In this document: piece by piece, positions 55,730 through 64,000 of the stretch
Numbering within the stretch: the first letter of the stretch is position 1
Layout of the letters: each line of letters starts with the position of its first letter
Made by a program: the position numbers and the translations under genes
Origin: a virus
Reading direction: 5' to 3' (one strand)
DNA length: 64,000 nt
IMG/VR virus record: IMGVR_UViG_3300047560_001569
Coordinates: 3,627-67,626 of that record
The notes under the pieces: generated by a model
Databases searched by the model: none
Told to the model about the DNA's origin: nothing
What the model saw: the letters and a program-made list of their open reading frames with translations, nothing else

Positions 55730-56383
55730 TTATTTAGTAGACAAGTAATTTACGTACTGCTGAAAGGCGCGTACTTTTGCTTCTTGCAAATTCTTAGCGC
55801 TTGCTTTTGTGATAGTCTCTTTTACTCGTTCGACTTGACGTGCCTTTAAAACACCATTATCCCAAAGCCAATCTACACCTTCCATAATACCTTGTACGAA
55901 TGCGTCTGGTGCTGAAGGATCAGCAACAATATCTGCTGCTGTTGCTAGATAGAAGTCATCTTGTACTTCCATAACCCCACCGACGTCTTTTAAAGAACCC
56001 ATGCCACGAGTAGATACTCCTAAACTGACACCGCTCTCTAATAAATTTCTTGCAATGAGACCCATAGGGGTCTCAAGAATCTTTGCTTTACCGATAAAAT
56101 TATTACCGTCTTGCTTCAATTCAACAATCTTATGTGACACACGATCGAGGTTGATTGAAGGACCGCTTGGATGACCAAGTTCACCTAAAGCTCTGTTTGT
56201 GGTAACATATTCTTTAGTGTAGCGTGCAACTTCACGCTCAAGCAAATCTTTACGATAAATGCGACCATTACGGTTTTGCTGTTCGGCCTGCATAAAAGGA
56301 CCAACAATGAATAGATCCTTCTTACCGTTGCGTTCTTCTACTACGTATTGAACGTCTTCTACTAATTCTGTGAATAATTTCAT
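55730..56383 (-). CDS. gp21: Prohead protease
   Basis: NRNGRIY, ALGELGHP, GVSTRGMGS, DIVADPSAPDA. Confidence 0.97.
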   Translation of the reverse strand: MKLFTELVEDVQYVVEERNGKKDLFIVGPFMQAEQQNRNGRIYRKDLLEREVARYTKEYVTTNRALGELGHPSGPSINLDRVSHKIVELKQDGNNFIGKAKILETPMGLIARNLLESGVSLGVSTRGMGSLKDVGGVMEVQDDFYLATAADIVADPSAPDAFVQGIMEGVDWLWDNGVLKARQVERVKETITKASAKNLQEAKVRAFQQYVNYLSTK

Positions 56384-56389
56384 TTTTGT

Positions 56390-56656
56390 TTACCTAAATG
56401 CAATTGAAACTGCTTTAACATCCGTTCCAGTATCAACTTGTATTGTGTCTGACGGACTTTTGTAAATGATCATGTCTTGGCCGAATTGAATTGTTATTGT
56501 ACCAAGAGTAGTACCACCAGTATCTTTCTTTGTGATAACTCTAGCAGTCGTTGCATTTGTGTTCAACAACCTGACTAAAGAAGCACCATTAACTGTGTTG
56601 GCCGTTGTAGGTAATGTTATCTCTGCTGCTTTGGGACTGATTACAAAATCACTCAT
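56390..56656 (-). CDS. Small head-region protein
   Basis: Between the core-protein genes and gp21. Confidence 0.6.
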   Translation of the reverse strand: MSDFVISPKAAEITLPTTANTVNGASLVRLLNTNATTARVITKKDTGGTTLGTITIQFGQDMIIYKSPSDTIQVDTGTDVKAVSIAFR

Positions 56657-57311
56657 CTTGTGTCTCCTCAGCAAGTATGTTCTGCACGGTGTCTAACAAC
56701 TGCTCAAACTTCTCGTCTGATTCGAGCATGTCGATAAATTGTTCGCGAGACTGATCATCTTCTAAACTCTCATACATTGCTTCGAGCATTGTAGTGATTG
56801 CCTCGACCTCTTGATTGTCTTGCTCTGCTATTACTGCCTCTAATATATCATCAAATTGCTCTACTTGTTCAGCTACTTTTTTAGCTTGTGCAGTAGCAAT
56901 TGCCATTTTCTTTTGCATGCTATATTCTGGATGATCCCGCTCAATCGCTTGTGCAATCTCTTCGCGCTTTTTCTTTTCTGCAAATGTCAATACTTTTTCA
57001 TTAACATCTTCTGATTCTTTCGCACTATATCCGTGCCTAGCTGCTTTACGATCGTGATATTTAATATTTGATGCTTTGAATAGCTTATCATCATTACCAT
57101 TCCGATCAGCAATCTTTTGTACTTCGTGATCGTCGATAAATTCTTGATCGCCCAATGTAGCAGCAGAAGGACCACCCTTTTCAGAAGTTACGGTATTATC
57201 TTTATAAAATTTTTTCGGACCGACTTCCCCAGGTTTACGTGTACCCTGGTCGTGCTTGGGGCCTCGGAAGCCCCTCTCCATTTCGTTAAGCAGACTGTTC
57301 AGCGTTTTCAT
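56649..57311 (-). CDS. Prohead core / internal protein (gp68 position)
   Basis: MKTLNSLLNE start; basic module then acidic tail. Confidence 0.55.
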   Translation of the reverse strand: MKTLNSLLNEMERGFRGPKHDQGTRKPGEVGPKKFYKDNTVTSEKGGPSAATLGDQEFIDDHEVQKIADRNGNDDKLFKASNIKYHDRKAARHGYSAKESEDVNEKVLTFAEKKKREEIAQAIERDHPEYSMQKKMAIATAQAKKVAEQVEQFDDILEAVIAEQDNQEVEAITTMLEAMYESLEDDQSREQFIDMLESDEKFEQLLDTVQNILAEETQDE

Positions 57312-57576
57312 GTGATTCCTCAGACTCTGTATTTGTTTCGTCTCCTACTGCCACTGTTTCAACATTGGTTCCGTCTTCGACGTTTTCATCATCTTCAACT
57401 TCAATATCTATCTCTTCTTGACCGAACATTGATCTAGCAACTTCGATCTTACGAGCTTGGATAGCATCATATACTCGTTGACCGACTAACTGATCAAATG
57501 CAGATGAAATATTCACTGCATCCTTGTTCATCGCAAAGTTAACAATATCTGTAGGTGTGTAAGTAGGTGTTGTCAT
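57286..57576 (-). CDS. Prohead core protein (gp67 position)
   Basis: Small, acidic C-terminus, immediately after the portal gene. Confidence 0.6.
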   Translation of the reverse strand: MTTPTYTPTDIVNFAMNKDAVNISSAFDQLVGQRVYDAIQARKIEVARSMFGQEEIDIEVEDDENVEDGTNVETVAVGDETNTESEESHENAEQSA

Positions 57577-57587
57577 ATTCTCTCCAT

Positions 57588-57595
57588 TATTTATA
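57588..57595 (-). promoter_or_regulatory. T4-type late promoter
   Basis: TATAAATA. Confidence 0.75.
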
Positions 57596-57599
57596 CAAA

Positions 57600-59180
57600 T
57601 TAATTTTGTTGGGCCTGCGGTAATTGCTGTCCTGGCATCATTTGTGTGCCATCAGGTGCAATCTGTGGATTTAACACAGGATCTTTCAATTCAGCACGAA
57701 TCTCTTCGTCCATACGCTTCATAACCTCATCATCTTGACCAAATATATTCGCTCTAGCCCATTTATGCGAATAGTATTTACCAACAACACCGGTGTTTAG
57801 CATATTTTGATAAGCTGTTAACTTATCATTTAATATCTCATTGTCTTTTAACTCTGAAAAGTAATTGTCTTTTGCATAACTAAATTTAATCAAAGGAGCA
57901 AGCTTTTGCCAGTCATCCTGTGTTAGAATTTGCTTGAGTACAAGTTGTTTCTCTAAAGACTTAATAAACAAATGATTAAATCTAGCACGGAGACGATTAA
58001 TAAATTTATTAAACTTAACTTCATCTCTTGATATCTCTGTTGCTCTACCCATACCAAACGTATTGTCGGATTGCAGACGAGCAGTAGGAACATTTAACGA
58101 CCGATACAATACCTTTTGGAAGTACTCCACATCAGTCATCTCTCCTAAATTTTGACCCGCTGGTAAAGTAGAAATTTCTGTACCGCGATTACCTTCACGA
58201 CGCGGTAGCCAGAAATCTTCCAGCATCGTCATAAACTTGCGGTCGTCTCTTACCTCACCTGTACCAGCATCATATACAACTTTATTCTTATAGCGAGTCA
58301 TCATATCCCGTAGATATTGCTCCGCTTTCATTTTAGGAAGATTACCAACATCAATATAGAATACACGACGCTCGGGTGCACGTGATATTCTGTATATCAC
58401 AGTAGCATCCTCAAGAGCTCTTAATTGATTTAATGGTTTGATCGCTTTATGTAGATGCGATATAATCAAAGAGTTCGTTTTATCTAGTAATCCTGATGTG
58501 CAATAGATAATACTATCTTTAGCAATCTTCATGCCAGTAGTCATCGGTGTGTTACCACCTACAATAGGCCTACCTGCAAAACCTTTATCATTGTATACAA
58601 AGTACTCTTGGCCATTTGTAGGCACAGATGGATCGCCATATGTCGGCGCATTAGTTACTTTCTTACGTTTTGTTTCTTTTATCTTTCGAATCTTACGTGA
58701 ATCGATATAACGTAATTCCTGTATACCAGTTTTTGGATTCTCTTTGTCAATCACTGCTTGATAATACAAACGGCCATCAACATACCAGCGCTTGAATACA
58801 TCATATCCTTGATGGTTAAAATCCAACAATACGAGAATATTCTCAAACTCTTGTGCTATGGCTTGTTTGACTGCGTCAGGTAATTCTATTCCATCGAGGT
58901 TGATAGATACAGTAGGTTCCTTATCTTCAACCACAATTGCTTCGTTTACGATATCATCAACCGCAGCATCTACTTCTGGATGTTGCAACATTTCTCGATA
59001 TTTGGTTACAACCTCGGCTTCATTTTTTGCTGAACCCTCAAGGTCCACAACTGTCCCATAGGTACCACCAGCAGCAACAATCGTTGCGCCATCATCATTT
59101 TCTTTTGGAATAAACGTGTCCAGGTCCTGCTTTACAGCGGGAGCCTTGCGACGGAATTCAAATCCTAGGAACTCGGCCAT
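57600..59180 (-). CDS. gp20: Portal protein
   Basis: WYVDGR, IYRISRAPERRVFYIDVGNLPK.KAEQY, EDFWLPRREG. Confidence 0.98.
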   Translation of the reverse strand: MAEFLGFEFRRKAPAVKQDLDTFIPKENDDGATIVAAGGTYGTVVDLEGSAKNEAEVVTKYREMLQHPEVDAAVDDIVNEAIVVEDKEPTVSINLDGIELPDAVKQAIAQEFENILVLLDFNHQGYDVFKRWYVDGRLYYQAVIDKENPKTGIQELRYIDSRKIRKIKETKRKKVTNAPTYGDPSVPTNGQEYFVYNDKGFAGRPIVGGNTPMTTGMKIAKDSIIYCTSGLLDKTNSLIISHLHKAIKPLNQLRALEDATVIYRISRAPERRVFYIDVGNLPKMKAEQYLRDMMTRYKNKVVYDAGTGEVRDDRKFMTMLEDFWLPRREGNRGTEISTLPAGQNLGEMTDVEYFQKVLYRSLNVPTARLQSDNTFGMGRATEISRDEVKFNKFINRLRARFNHLFIKSLEKQLVLKQILTQDDWQKLAPLIKFSYAKDNYFSELKDNEILNDKLTAYQNMLNTGVVGKYYSHKWARANIFGQDDEVMKRMDEEIRAELKDPVLNPQIAPDGTQMMPGQQLPQAQQN

Positions 59181-59197
59181 ATTATCTCCAATTAATG

Positions 59198-59218
59198 AAG
59201 CCGGCTTCGGCCGGCTTC
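59198..59218 (-). terminator. GC-rich hairpin after the tail tube gene
   Basis: gaagccgg/ccggcttc stem; weak U-tract. Confidence 0.55.
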
Positions 59219-59231
59219 CATACTAATAAAA

Positions 59232-59783
59232 TTAAGCGCCACCAGCGTCGCCAGTAGATCCTCCAGACACTTCCCACCAATCGTAGGCAAACGTCACTTG
59301 GAACTCCTGGATCGAGTCGGTATTATTCCAATCCAACTCGATAGGCGACACTTCGACTGGGAAAATACCATTGAATTGATATTCCCGAATTGAGACACCA
59401 GTTTTCGAATACTGCGTTACATTTGCAGTAGACTTATATAATAGCGGAGAAGCTGCCCCAAATCCACGGAGGTTACCCTGAAACGTATTAATTTGGTTAG
59501 ACCACTCTTCCATCGCATTGCGGATTAAAAAGTCTTCGTCGTTCATTACAACAACAGACCATTGGCCGAATGTGCGATCGCCGGCAAGACGTACCTTACG
59601 ACCAAAATACGGAACTTCAATCACGCCCAGCGTTGCGGCCGGGATAGAAGAAGCACGTACCATGAACGGTACCTTAATGTCACCTACTGCGTTGGCGGGG
59701 TTGCTCATGGTTACTTGGAATAACGAGCTACGTGCGCCACCGAGTGTTAGTTGACTTCTGATTTCATTTACATTAAATGCCAT
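59232..59783 (-). CDS. gp19: Tail tube protein
   Basis: GGAR..LF, AGDRTF..W, NDEDF..R...E.W, F.VTF.YD.W. Confidence 0.95.
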   Translation of the reverse strand: MAFNVNEIRSQLTLGGARSSLFQVTMSNPANAVGDIKVPFMVRASSIPAATLGVIEVPYFGRKVRLAGDRTFGQWSVVVMNDEDFLIRNAMEEWSNQINTFQGNLRGFGAASPLLYKSTANVTQYSKTGVSIREYQFNGIFPVEVSPIELDWNNTDSIQEFQVTFAYDWWEVSGGSTGDAGGA

Positions 59784-59814
59784 GTTTATTCTCCTTATTG
59801 TTATTTATTATAGA

Positions 59815-61893
59815 TCACTTAGATCCAATAATTTCAGAGAACTCAACACCTGAACGTACAGCCACAAAGTTCAACTGGATAAAGTTGATAGACTTAGCAG
59901 GCTTAATGTAGATGTCACCGACGAATTGATTACTATCAATTACTTGAGATGTGTTGTTAGAATCATCACACACAACCTTAAATGCTGTGATACCGCGACG
60001 TCCTTGAACATCTCTCAAGAATGGCTCCACAATATTTCTGAATTGTGCACGAGTAAGGTCATCGTTGAATTCAAACAGCAACGACTTAGCTGCTTTTGAT
60101 ATTGCTTTCTCCAACACAATGAACAAACGACGTACGTTAATTCTATCAAAAGCTGATGCATTAGCCAATAACGTCTTATCTCCAAATAATACTGTACCTT
60201 GACCAGAGAAGGTCACAACAGGGTTGATACCTGCTTTGTATAACTGATCACGATCAGCTTTGCCTGGATTGTATGCAAGTTTGACAATATTCTTGATCTG
60301 GCCACGATTGAATCCAGCTGGTGAGAACCAAGGATCACGTGTATCATCAGTACGAACGCACAAGCCAGCAGTATCCCCGTTCATGGGTATGTAACGGTAT
60401 ACATCGTTGTATTTGTCATATTGATACTTGTATCCGGAATCTAACACTGCATACGAAGAAGAATGTAGTGAGTTGCGGAACTGAATTATATTAGTTGCTT
60501 CATTACCAGAAGCACGAACAACATCCGCAGAATCTGGAGAGACGAAAACGACACAATCTTTGCGGCCTTCAGCAATGTTGTCGATGATATAATTAGCCAT
60601 TTGCTCGCCATTCGTACCACCGCGCGCTTTACCTGCTAATACCAACGAGATATCAACAGATTCGGCAGACTTAAATTGATCGTATCCTCGAGACAAATCG
60701 CCAACAGTTACTGCAGCCTCGTCTGAGCCGTTTGTGCCACCAGCTAGTGACAGCCTCAATGGCAAGCCATTTGTAGAATCAACCACACTAACTGCTGTAT
60801 TGGATATTGCACCGGTGCGGTCATTACCAAACCACAGATATTGCGATCCATCATTTATTACACGTTTATAGTAATTAACAGCACCGTCTGGTGTCTTAGC
60901 ATCAGTAGAACGTGAAACACCACTGAATACTTCTAGTACTGTACCAGGTGTGCCACTGAATGTTCCATCCTCATCCGCAACAACAACATGCAGCTCATCT
61001 TTAGCGACAGTATTACCGTACAGTGATTGGTATGTTGTAACACCAGGCGCTTTATTAACTACGTTGAAATACTCCCAATACCGTGTGAACGATTGAGTGC
61101 TGACGTTAGCAGATAAGTTGAATGTGCTATCAAACGATAATGTGAAATATGCTTGAGTAGTATTAGAGGTTACTGCGCTGATTGCAGTAACTTTTAGGTA
61201 TTGTGTACCAATAGTAGAGTTACCAACAGCAATATAATCCCCGAGAGAAATCGACGATGTGGTCAATGCTGTGGCAAATGTAGCACAAGTAGCAACCGTA
61301 TTACCAACGGCATTAGCGATAGCAACTGTACCAACGCTATCACCAACATTAACTGCGAAGTATGTACCAACACCAGTACTAACTGCTGTATTGGAAATTA
61401 AGTTAGCTGAGCTGTTATATGCATTAGGACTATCACAAACAGAAACTTTTAACGAATTACCTGCAGCACCTGGCCATTTAGCAGCGTACAACACTTGTGT
61501 TGCTGTTGCCATGTTTTTGCTGTCATAATCATCTTGGCTTCTGATGTTATATACAACACGATCGGCAGGAGTAGACACTGCTGATGTATTAGCAATAGCA
61601 CTCCATGCAGCTGTGTTGCTGTCTGTTCCTGTTGTATTTGCTGCGCGCACTACATATAACTTATTGCCATAAGCTAAAAAGTTTGCTGCTGTGAAAAATG
61701 TTTCGGCATTATTTGTGCCGGGTTTACCGAAGCGCTTGATTAAAGTAGGCTCGCTGTCGATAAGTACTCTAGTATCTAGAGGACCCCAATTAAATACTCC
61801 AGCAAACGCACCTTCAGTAGAAGATACCGCTGGCGTAACGGTCGTAAGATCGATCTCAGAAATATTTACGCCTGGACTAACTTGAAATGGCAT
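59815..61893 (-). CDS. gp18: Tail sheath protein
   Basis: SPGV...EIDLT, WFSPAG.NRG, FDRINVRRLF, IKPA.SINFI.LNFVA. Confidence 0.97.
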   Translation of the reverse strand: MPFQVSPGVNISEIDLTTVTPAVSSTEGAFAGVFNWGPLDTRVLIDSEPTLIKRFGKPGTNNAETFFTAANFLAYGNKLYVVRAANTTGTDSNTAAWSAIANTSAVSTPADRVVYNIRSQDDYDSKNMATATQVLYAAKWPGAAGNSLKVSVCDSPNAYNSSANLISNTAVSTGVGTYFAVNVGDSVGTVAIANAVGNTVATCATFATALTTSSISLGDYIAVGNSTIGTQYLKVTAISAVTSNTTQAYFTLSFDSTFNLSANVSTQSFTRYWEYFNVVNKAPGVTTYQSLYGNTVAKDELHVVVADEDGTFSGTPGTVLEVFSGVSRSTDAKTPDGAVNYYKRVINDGSQYLWFGNDRTGAISNTAVSVVDSTNGLPLRLSLAGGTNGSDEAAVTVGDLSRGYDQFKSAESVDISLVLAGKARGGTNGEQMANYIIDNIAEGRKDCVVFVSPDSADVVRASGNEATNIIQFRNSLHSSSYAVLDSGYKYQYDKYNDVYRYIPMNGDTAGLCVRTDDTRDPWFSPAGFNRGQIKNIVKLAYNPGKADRDQLYKAGINPVVTFSGQGTVLFGDKTLLANASAFDRINVRRLFIVLEKAISKAAKSLLFEFNDDLTRAQFRNIVEPFLRDVQGRRGITAFKVVCDDSNNTSQVIDSNQFVGDIYIKPAKSINFIQLNFVAVRSGVEFSEIIGSK

Positions 61894-61932
61894 GTGACTC
61901 TCCCCAAATAGGTTATAATTTAGACTTCTCGG

Positions 61933-61940
61933 TATTTATA
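61933..61940 (-). promoter_or_regulatory. T4-type late promoter
   Basis: TATAAATA upstream of gp18. Confidence 0.8.
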
Positions 61941-61946
61941 TTTTCG

Positions 61947-63560
61947 CTAACTCCATAGCCAGTTATTGTCGTTTTCAGCGACCGCAACTACAGGCTTCTC
62001 AGCATGCACATCCTGTCCATCATCAATAATACCAAAAGGTAGAAGAGATTCTTCTATTGCACTTTCATTTTCAGCATGCATATTTGATCTAATATCTGTG
62101 CTTGTTAGTTCTTTTACATATGGTTGTTGTATCAACCACGAGAACAATACACTACACATTACAAGATCATCATGCCCCTCCTCAGCTTCATATGAATCAC
62201 CTTTAGCAGAGAACCGATACATCTCTTGCAAAAGGTCATAATCGTTAACTTCAAATTTATCATTTTCGACAATTGTCTTGAAGTTACTACAACCAATTCT
62301 TTTTACTGCTCGGGACGTCTTAACTCCCAACACAGCATTTCCTTTAAAACCAGCTGATATATGTTGTCCGGTTTTTGGATCATTAGCAGTATAGAACATA
62401 TACTCATATTCCAAATCGTAATATAGTATATCTGCAACTTGCTTACCTACATCATTTGATTCAACTAATACATATGCGTTATTATATAGTTTAGCGAATT
62501 GGTATATGAAATTCGGATACAATAGCGTTGATATCTTATTGTTTCTATACTTTGCTACAACTCTATATGGGAATTCGGTTACATCAAATACAACAAAAGC
62601 ACAATAATCTTCACCAATACCCCTTGACGTATCGGCAACAATAATGTAAGATCGGCTTTGTGCCGGTTCAGCATATAGAGATACGTGTTCTGTTGTCTTT
62701 AAGGGAATTGAATAGGTTAGATTCCTTAACTTAATCCCGTCTATTAGGGTGCTAGAAGAACCCAAGAACTCACAATCATATTCTTGTCTGAATTGTTCTT
62801 CTGATGTATTGCGTATTGTTTCTGCCTTCCAAGCCTCATCCCTATTAGGGACGTCCGACCAGTGAACATCAATTCTTTGGTAATCATTGCGGCCCTCTTC
62901 ACTGTCTTTCCACAACTTGTAAAACATATTCATCCCGTTTGGCGTGGATGTTATAACAACTTTTGTCGTTTTACCAGATGAAATTGTAGGATAAACAGAT
63001 TGAAAGAACTGTTCTTGCATATGATTTGGCACGAATGCAAACTCATCCAAATAGATTAAGTTCTGGGATGTACCACGAATTGCAGAGGATGATGTAGCTG
63101 ATGCTAGTATCTTTGATCCGTTAGCTATTTCAATGTATCCCTTATTCCACTCAATTACTCCTTGTTGTAACCATTTTGGTAAATGTTCAAAGGCTAATTG
63201 AATTCGACCTAAGATCTCCCGGGCCTGGGATAACTTGTTAGCTAAAATAGCTATTGAGTAATTTTCGTTAAACAAAACATAATGAAGAAGTAATGCTGCA
63301 ACAGTTGTTGTTTTACCGACTTGGCGGGGCATCTTACATATTGTATATCTGCTAGCAGAACTAACTAATTGAACGATATCCCGCTGAAAATCCCACATTT
63401 CAAACGGAACTAAACCACGATCGACGTTAACGATCTGTACGTATGTTTCTATGAAGTAAATAGGATCCCGAGCACATTTTGCATATTCGACAACTTGTTC
63501 TCTGGTAAATTCAAATTGATCTCTTACAGAACTGAGGTTCTGATTTCCATTATATGACAT
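61947..63560 (-). CDS. gp17: Terminase large subunit
   Basis: RQVGKTT, LDEFAF, TSTPNG, HDDLVM. Confidence 0.97.
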   Translation of the reverse strand: MSYNGNQNLSSVRDQFEFTREQVVEYAKCARDPIYFIETYVQIVNVDRGLVPFEMWDFQRDIVQLVSSASRYTICKMPRQVGKTTTVAALLLHYVLFNENYSIAILANKLSQAREILGRIQLAFEHLPKWLQQGVIEWNKGYIEIANGSKILASATSSSAIRGTSQNLIYLDEFAFVPNHMQEQFFQSVYPTISSGKTTKVVITSTPNGMNMFYKLWKDSEEGRNDYQRIDVHWSDVPNRDEAWKAETIRNTSEEQFRQEYDCEFLGSSSTLIDGIKLRNLTYSIPLKTTEHVSLYAEPAQSRSYIIVADTSRGIGEDYCAFVVFDVTEFPYRVVAKYRNNKISTLLYPNFIYQFAKLYNNAYVLVESNDVGKQVADILYYDLEYEYMFYTANDPKTGQHISAGFKGNAVLGVKTSRAVKRIGCSNFKTIVENDKFEVNDYDLLQEMYRFSAKGDSYEAEEGHDDLVMCSVLFSWLIQQPYVKELTSTDIRSNMHAENESAIEESLLPFGIIDDGQDVHAEKPVVAVAENDNNWLWS

Positions 63561-63976
63561 TATTGATTTTGCTTAATTGCTTTTAAAAGCTCTGCAGTTG
63601 ATCCAACAAACATATTATTAGTCACTCTTTGTGCTTGTTGAGCCTCTGTAGGTTTATCCAAATCTTTCTTCCGTTTAGCCAACTCCATTAAATCTTTACT
63701 AGCATCCGACATTGTTTTTACAAGATTTGCTGCTACTTCATATGCACGTGGATGTTGGCTCATTCCCGCCACATCCAAAATACCATTCAATGCTTCGTTA
63801 CCTTTTTCGATAACAGCAATTAAATTTCCACGAGCATACTCATAATCATCCTCAATTTGGTTATTTGAATTTACGTTCGGAGAAACAACAACATCTCTTC
63901 CTCCAATATCACTTGGAGTTAGGGGTGTGAGATTCAATGCTGAACCTATTTTATCCTGAGGTAACGATGTAGCCAT
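63560..63976 (-). CDS. gp16: Terminase small subunit
   Basis: DYEYAR.NL, HPRAYEV, NNMFVGSTAEL. Confidence 0.92.
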   Translation of the reverse strand: MATSLPQDKIGSALNLTPLTPSDIGGRDVVVSPNVNSNNQIEDDYEYARGNLIAVIEKGNEALNGILDVAGMSQHPRAYEVAANLVKTMSDASKDLMELAKRKKDLDKPTEAQQAQRVTNNMFVGSTAELLKAIKQNQ

Positions 63977-64000
63977 AATTAGAATTTGCCGCAATTAAAT

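Noticed and set aside
1-64000. Stop-codon reassignment
   Set aside because: Core genes are full length under the standard code and no suppressor tRNA (CTA, TTA or TCA anticodon) was found.

Overview
This window is 64 kb of a T4-like myovirus genome, with almost all genes on the minus strand. The host is probably an aquatic proteobacterium; the IscU, IscA and ErpA proteins look betaproteobacterial, which is an inference. In transcription order (high to low coordinates) it holds: the head and tail module (gp16-gp23, gp3); uvsY, uvsW, a frameshifted gp55, gp47/gp46 and peptide deformylase; a 7-deazaguanine cluster (queE, queD, folE, a DpdL-like T-fold protein, a TGT/DpdA-like protein, a dNMP kinase, a dUTPase-fold protein and an embedded nuclease-like gene); clamp, clamp loader and regA; a porin plus a YhhQ-type transporter; a tRNA array of 13 intact, 1 degenerate and 1 half tRNA, rich in GUN anticodons and interleaved with several unexplained structured RNAs; an Fe-S and oxidative-stress block (iscU, erpA, iscA, rubrerythrin, rubredoxin, hsp20); gp43, uvsX and gp41; a late cluster of His/Lys-rich proteins with T4 internal-protein-like N-terminal tags (nuclease-like, ligase-like and nucleotidyltransferase-like enzymes, plus Dps); a lysis cassette; and primase, thyX and a partial nrdA. 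The best candidates for new biology are the non-tRNA RNAs in the tRNA array, the putative capsid-packaged enzyme set, the putative nucleotide-level deazaguanine pathway, and a pseudoknotted queD leader. No database searches or folding programs were run; all calls come from reading motifs by eye.
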